DNA from: Octopus bimaculoides
Lineage: Eukaryota
Assembly: GCF_001194135.2 (NCBI RefSeq)
Contig: NC_068981.1
Location: 164,525,088-164,566,683, forward strand
DNA length: 41,596 nucleotides
Reading direction: 5' to 3'
Shown: positions 37,941 through 41,596 of the stretch, piece after piece
How the letters are laid out: every line of letters starts with the position of its first letter
How positions within the stretch are numbered: the first letter of the stretch is position 1
Notes under the pieces: generated by a model
The model's input: the letters and a program-made list of their open reading frames with translations, nothing else
Databases searched by the model: none
Told to the model about the DNA's origin: nothing
Made by a program: the position numbers and the translations under genes

Positions 37941-40171
37941 ACTGCATAAATTTCTTGATGAGAACGATATATTACCACCCGAACAAAAAGGTTGTAGAAG
38001 GAGACCCAGAGGTACCAAAGATCAACTATTGATAGACAAAATGTTAATGCAAGATTGTAAACGAAGGAGAACAAATCTGGGAATGGCCTGAATTAACTAT
38101 CGCAAAGCTTATGATATGATTCCTCATTCGTGGATGATCGAGTGCGAAGACCGGTTTGGAATTTCGAGGAATGTAACGTGTTTCCTGAAGAGAAGTATGA
38201 TGGGATGGAAAACGAAATTGGTATCTTACGGAAAAAGCTTGGGCACTCTGAGTATCAGAAAAGGGATTTTCCAGGGTGATAGGTGATAGCCTACCTCCGT
38301 TGCTTCTTGTTCCCTGTATAATATCCCTGATCTTGGTGCTTAAGAGAATGACCTGGGGTACCAACTAAAGAAAAAATCCCAAACAATCAACTAACTCCTA
38401 TTCATGCATAGTTTGAAACTGTACGGCAAAGATGAGACTCAAGTGAATTCCTTGGTGAACACGGTTTTAGTACTGATATTAGAACTTAATTTGGACTCAA
38501 GAAGTGCAAAATAATCTGCCTAAAAAGAGGCAAGGTACAGTCTCGTGCAGGGATAGAATTATCGAACAGAGATCTGATTAAAGGCGGCGAGCTGGCAGAA
38601 ACGTTAGCACGCCGGGCGAAATGCTTAGCGGTATTTCGTCTGCCGTTACGTTCTGAGTTCAAATTCCGCCGAGGTCGACTTTGCCTTTCATCCTTTCGGA
38701 GTCGATTAAATAAGTACCAGTTACGCAATGGGATCGATATAATCGACTTAATCCGTTTGTCTGCCCTTGTTTGTCCCCTCTGTGTGTAGCCCCTTGTGAG
38801 CAGTAAAGAAATAAGAGATCTGATTAAACAAACTGAAACGGAAGGATACAAATACCTTGGTGTACTAGAGTTCAACGAGATAATGGAAGAGGAAATGAAA
38901 AAGCAACTTAGGATGGAGTATTTCCGAAGACTGAGGTTGTTGTTGCGCTCAAAATTGGCTGGATGGAATAAAATCCAAGCTGTTAATACGTGGGTGATAA
39001 CATCTGGTAAGGAGCGGGAATTACAAAATTGCAGAAGAGAGAAGTGAAGAAAATGGATACGAAGGCCAGGAAAATGTTTACAGCACACAGGGCCTTTCCA
39101 CCCTAAGAGTGATACCGACAGGCTGTACTTATCTAGATGAAAGGATGGGAGAGGTTCAACCAGTTGCCAGGACCGTATCGAAGCAGAGGAAAGCAGCCTA
39201 GGGCGGTACATAAAAAATACCGTGTAGCCACTGTTGAAACACACGAAGAACGCCAGCGTCCTCAACACTGAAAATTGTGTAACTAAAGAAAAATTTAACA
39301 AGCAATGTACAAAAATAAAAACTTGGAAAGAAAAGAAAATGTACAGTCAGTTTTCAAGAGATATGAACGCCAAGACAGATACATAGGAGCAGTGGCTATG
39401 GATGAGGAGGAGTGATCTGAAGACAGAGACACAAGCACTCATTTGCGCGGCTCAGGAACGAGCGTTAAGAACCAACTATATGAAGTGCAGAATAAACAAC
39501 ACTACCGATAGCGAAAAATGCAGACTGTGTAGCGAGCGGGGTGAAACGGTATGGCACATCGTTAGCGAATGCCCGAAATTGGCACAATGAGAATACAACA
39601 GACGCCATGATAATATTGTAAGAATGATCCATTGGGAGCTCTGTAGAAACCAAGGCCTACAAAGAGCAAAGACGTGGTATGAGAACACTTCAGAAGGAGT
39701 CACCGAAAATGAGAATTACAAAATCCTGTGGGATGCAATGATCCAGTGCGATCACCTGACCAGACATCGGGAACTGGACATTGTTGTGGTGAATAAAAAA
39801 GAAGGAACATATATGATAATCAGCATAGCATGCCCCGGTGACAACAGGATCAATGTGAAAGAAGAAGAAAAAATAAACTACAATGACATTTTGAAGTGGG
39901 AAATACGAAGGTTGTGGTCAATGAAGAGAATAGACGTGATACCAATAGTAATTGGTGTACTTGGAAGCATCAGCACTCAACTTCCAACATGGGTGAAAAA
40001 GATCGGTGCAAGTGTGAAGGTAAAACTACAAAAATCAGCATTGCTTGGAACTGCAAGAATTTTTTGCAGGATTCTTTGAAGCATGACCAGGAAACAAGTA
40101 TCACCTTAGTCTGCTGGTTGTGGACAGCTGATACTATCCATCATACCCAGCAAAATAAGCTGTGAGGTTTC
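37941..40171 (+). mobile_element. 5'-truncated R4/Dong-like non-LTR retrotransposon (RT, CCHC, REL endonuclease), inactive
   Basis: RT motifs are [42 protein letters not shown](S)L, LLFMHSLKLYGK (FMDD degenerate) and YKYLG. The zinc knuckle and RHD region read CRLC..ETVWHIVSEC...RRHDNI, and the REL domain reads ILWD..IQCDH..ELDIVVVNKK..IACP..KEEEKI..LKWEIRRLW..IPIVIGVLG. Multiple stops and frameshifts are present. Confidence 0.93.
38583..38813 (+). mobile_element. SINE family B inserted in the Dong-like RT, perfect 15-bp TSD
   Basis: AGAGATCTGATTAAA at 38568-38582 and 38814-38828. Confidence 0.96.
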
Positions 40172-40180
40172 ATATAATAA

Positions 40181-40401
40181 TCCTTTCTATTATAGGCACA
40201 AAGCCTGAAATTTGAGGGGAGGGGACTAGTAGATAACATCGACTCCCCCCCCCCCCGTGTTTCGCTGGTACTTAATTTATCGACCTCGAAAGGTTGAAAG
40301 GCAAAGTTGACCTCGGCAGAATTTCAACTCAGAACGTAGCGACGGCCGAAATAATGCTGAGCATTTTGCCCGGCCTGCTAACGATTCTACCAGCTTGCCG
40401 C
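40181..40401 (-). mobile_element. SINE family B inserted in the TAA tail of the Dong-like element
   Basis: The reverse complement has the family B head and the same tail (CCCCTC..AAATTTCAGGC.TTGTGCCTA..AGAAAGGA) as the 6664 copy. Confidence 0.9.
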
Positions 40402-40646
40402 ATTATATTAATAATGATAATAATAATAATAANNNNNNNNNNNNNNNNNNNNNNNNNNNNNNNNNNNNNNNNNNNNNNNNNNNNNNNNNNNNNNNNNNNN
40501 NNNNNNNNNNNNNNNNNNNNNNNNNNNNNNNNNNNNNNNNNNNNNNNNNNNNNNNNNNNNNNNNNNNNNNNNNNNNNNNNNNNNNNNNNNNNNNNNNNNN
40601 NNNNNNNNNNNNNNNNNNNNNNNNNNNNNNNNNNNNNNNNNNNNNN

Positions 40647-40702
40647 AACAACAACAACAGCAGCAGCAGCAACAAAGGAAGGTATAGTAGTAGCAGCAAC
40701 AA

Positions 40703-40769
<67 letters not shown>

Positions 40770-40800
40770 TGCAGCGGCAGCAGCAGTAGTAGCAGCAGCA

Positions 40801-40867
<67 letters not shown>

Positions 40868-40868
40868 C
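40647..40868 (+). repeat. (CAA)(CAG)(TAG)n compound microsatellite
   Basis: Read directly from the sequence. Confidence 0.95.
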
Positions 40869-41447
40869 ATTAATATATGAAGGACAATTTGATTAATAAC
40901 AATAACAGAGTATAATACTAATTGTAATAACTCTATTGATAATAATAATTTCTTGAACTGCTTTTTAGTTTAAAACTTTCCCGTTAATCTTTATTCATTT
41001 GAAAAAGCTAAAAAAAAAATAAAAAGGAAGAAATGTAAATAAGTGTGGGGAAAAAAACATGAAGAATGAAAGAAAAAATTAATTAAGGAAAGTCATCTGT
41101 TATTCATTTCTGAAATAATTCCTTTTCACTGATGATAATATTAAAATGTCAACTTCAATTTATTTTCTCTCCAACATGGCGGCAGCATTTTAAAATACAC
41201 ACACACATACATCATGAACAATATAGACAATATGAAGGAAAGAGACTGAGGAGACATTACACAGACATACACACACACTCATCATGCACACACACACACA
41301 CACACACATATGCACGTGTGCACACGCACAAATTTACGTATACACACGTACAAACACGCACGCACATGTACAGTTCAGACTTACGCATACACGCTCAAGT
41401 ATATAGTATATACACATGCATGCATATACGTACAAATAAACACTCAT

Positions 41448-41480
<33 letters not shown>

Positions 41481-41556
41481 CACACATATACACACACACA
41501 CACAGAAACACACATATATATATATATATGTATGTCTGCGTGTTTGTGTATGTATA

Positions 41557-41596
<40 letters not shown>

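Larger units (their letters stand above)
2752..40646. other. Ten assembly gaps (about 2752-2887, 12550-12881, 13594-13841, 15398-15407, 18102-18111, 20168-20889, 24560-25090, 31636-31822, 36739-36818, 40433-40646)
   Basis: N runs, mostly flanked by microsatellites. Confidence 0.98.

Noticed and set aside
41172-41182. YY1-like AACATGGCGGC (and a CRE-like TGACGTCA at about 3325)
   Set aside because: These are isolated short motifs with no promoter context or CpG island.

Overview
This is an AT-rich, microsatellite-dense animal genomic window with ten N-gaps. The SINE families and repeat style suggest an octopod cephalopod such as Octopus; this is inferred from recalled repeat families, not from a search. 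I could not identify an intact host gene, rRNA, true tRNA or CRISPR array. Almost all long ORFs in the supplied track are translations of microsatellites or N-gaps. The window is a nested collection of dead transposable elements: a 5'-truncated R4/Dong-like REL-endonuclease retrotransposon (37941-40171), two Penelope-like fragments (13935-14450 with a nearly open GIY-YIG domain; 35100-36580 with RT C-terminus and a tandemly duplicated endonuclease region), a degraded hAT transposase with an internal duplication, an Hsmar1-like mariner 5' half fused to an RTE LINE fragment, a non-autonomous hAT element with a perfect 8-bp TSD, a 103-bp-arm foldback element, and about 15 tRNA-derived SINE copies from at least three families. 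I found no clearly new biological system. The best leads are (i) a shared GTCGA-N5/6-TCGAC hinge at which SINEs appear to swap heads and tails, (ii) an unexplained six-unit ~66-bp array at 28.3-28.7 kb, (iii) the near-perfect hairpin at 17.75-17.98 kb, and (iv) the TAA-microsatellite context of the Dong-like element.
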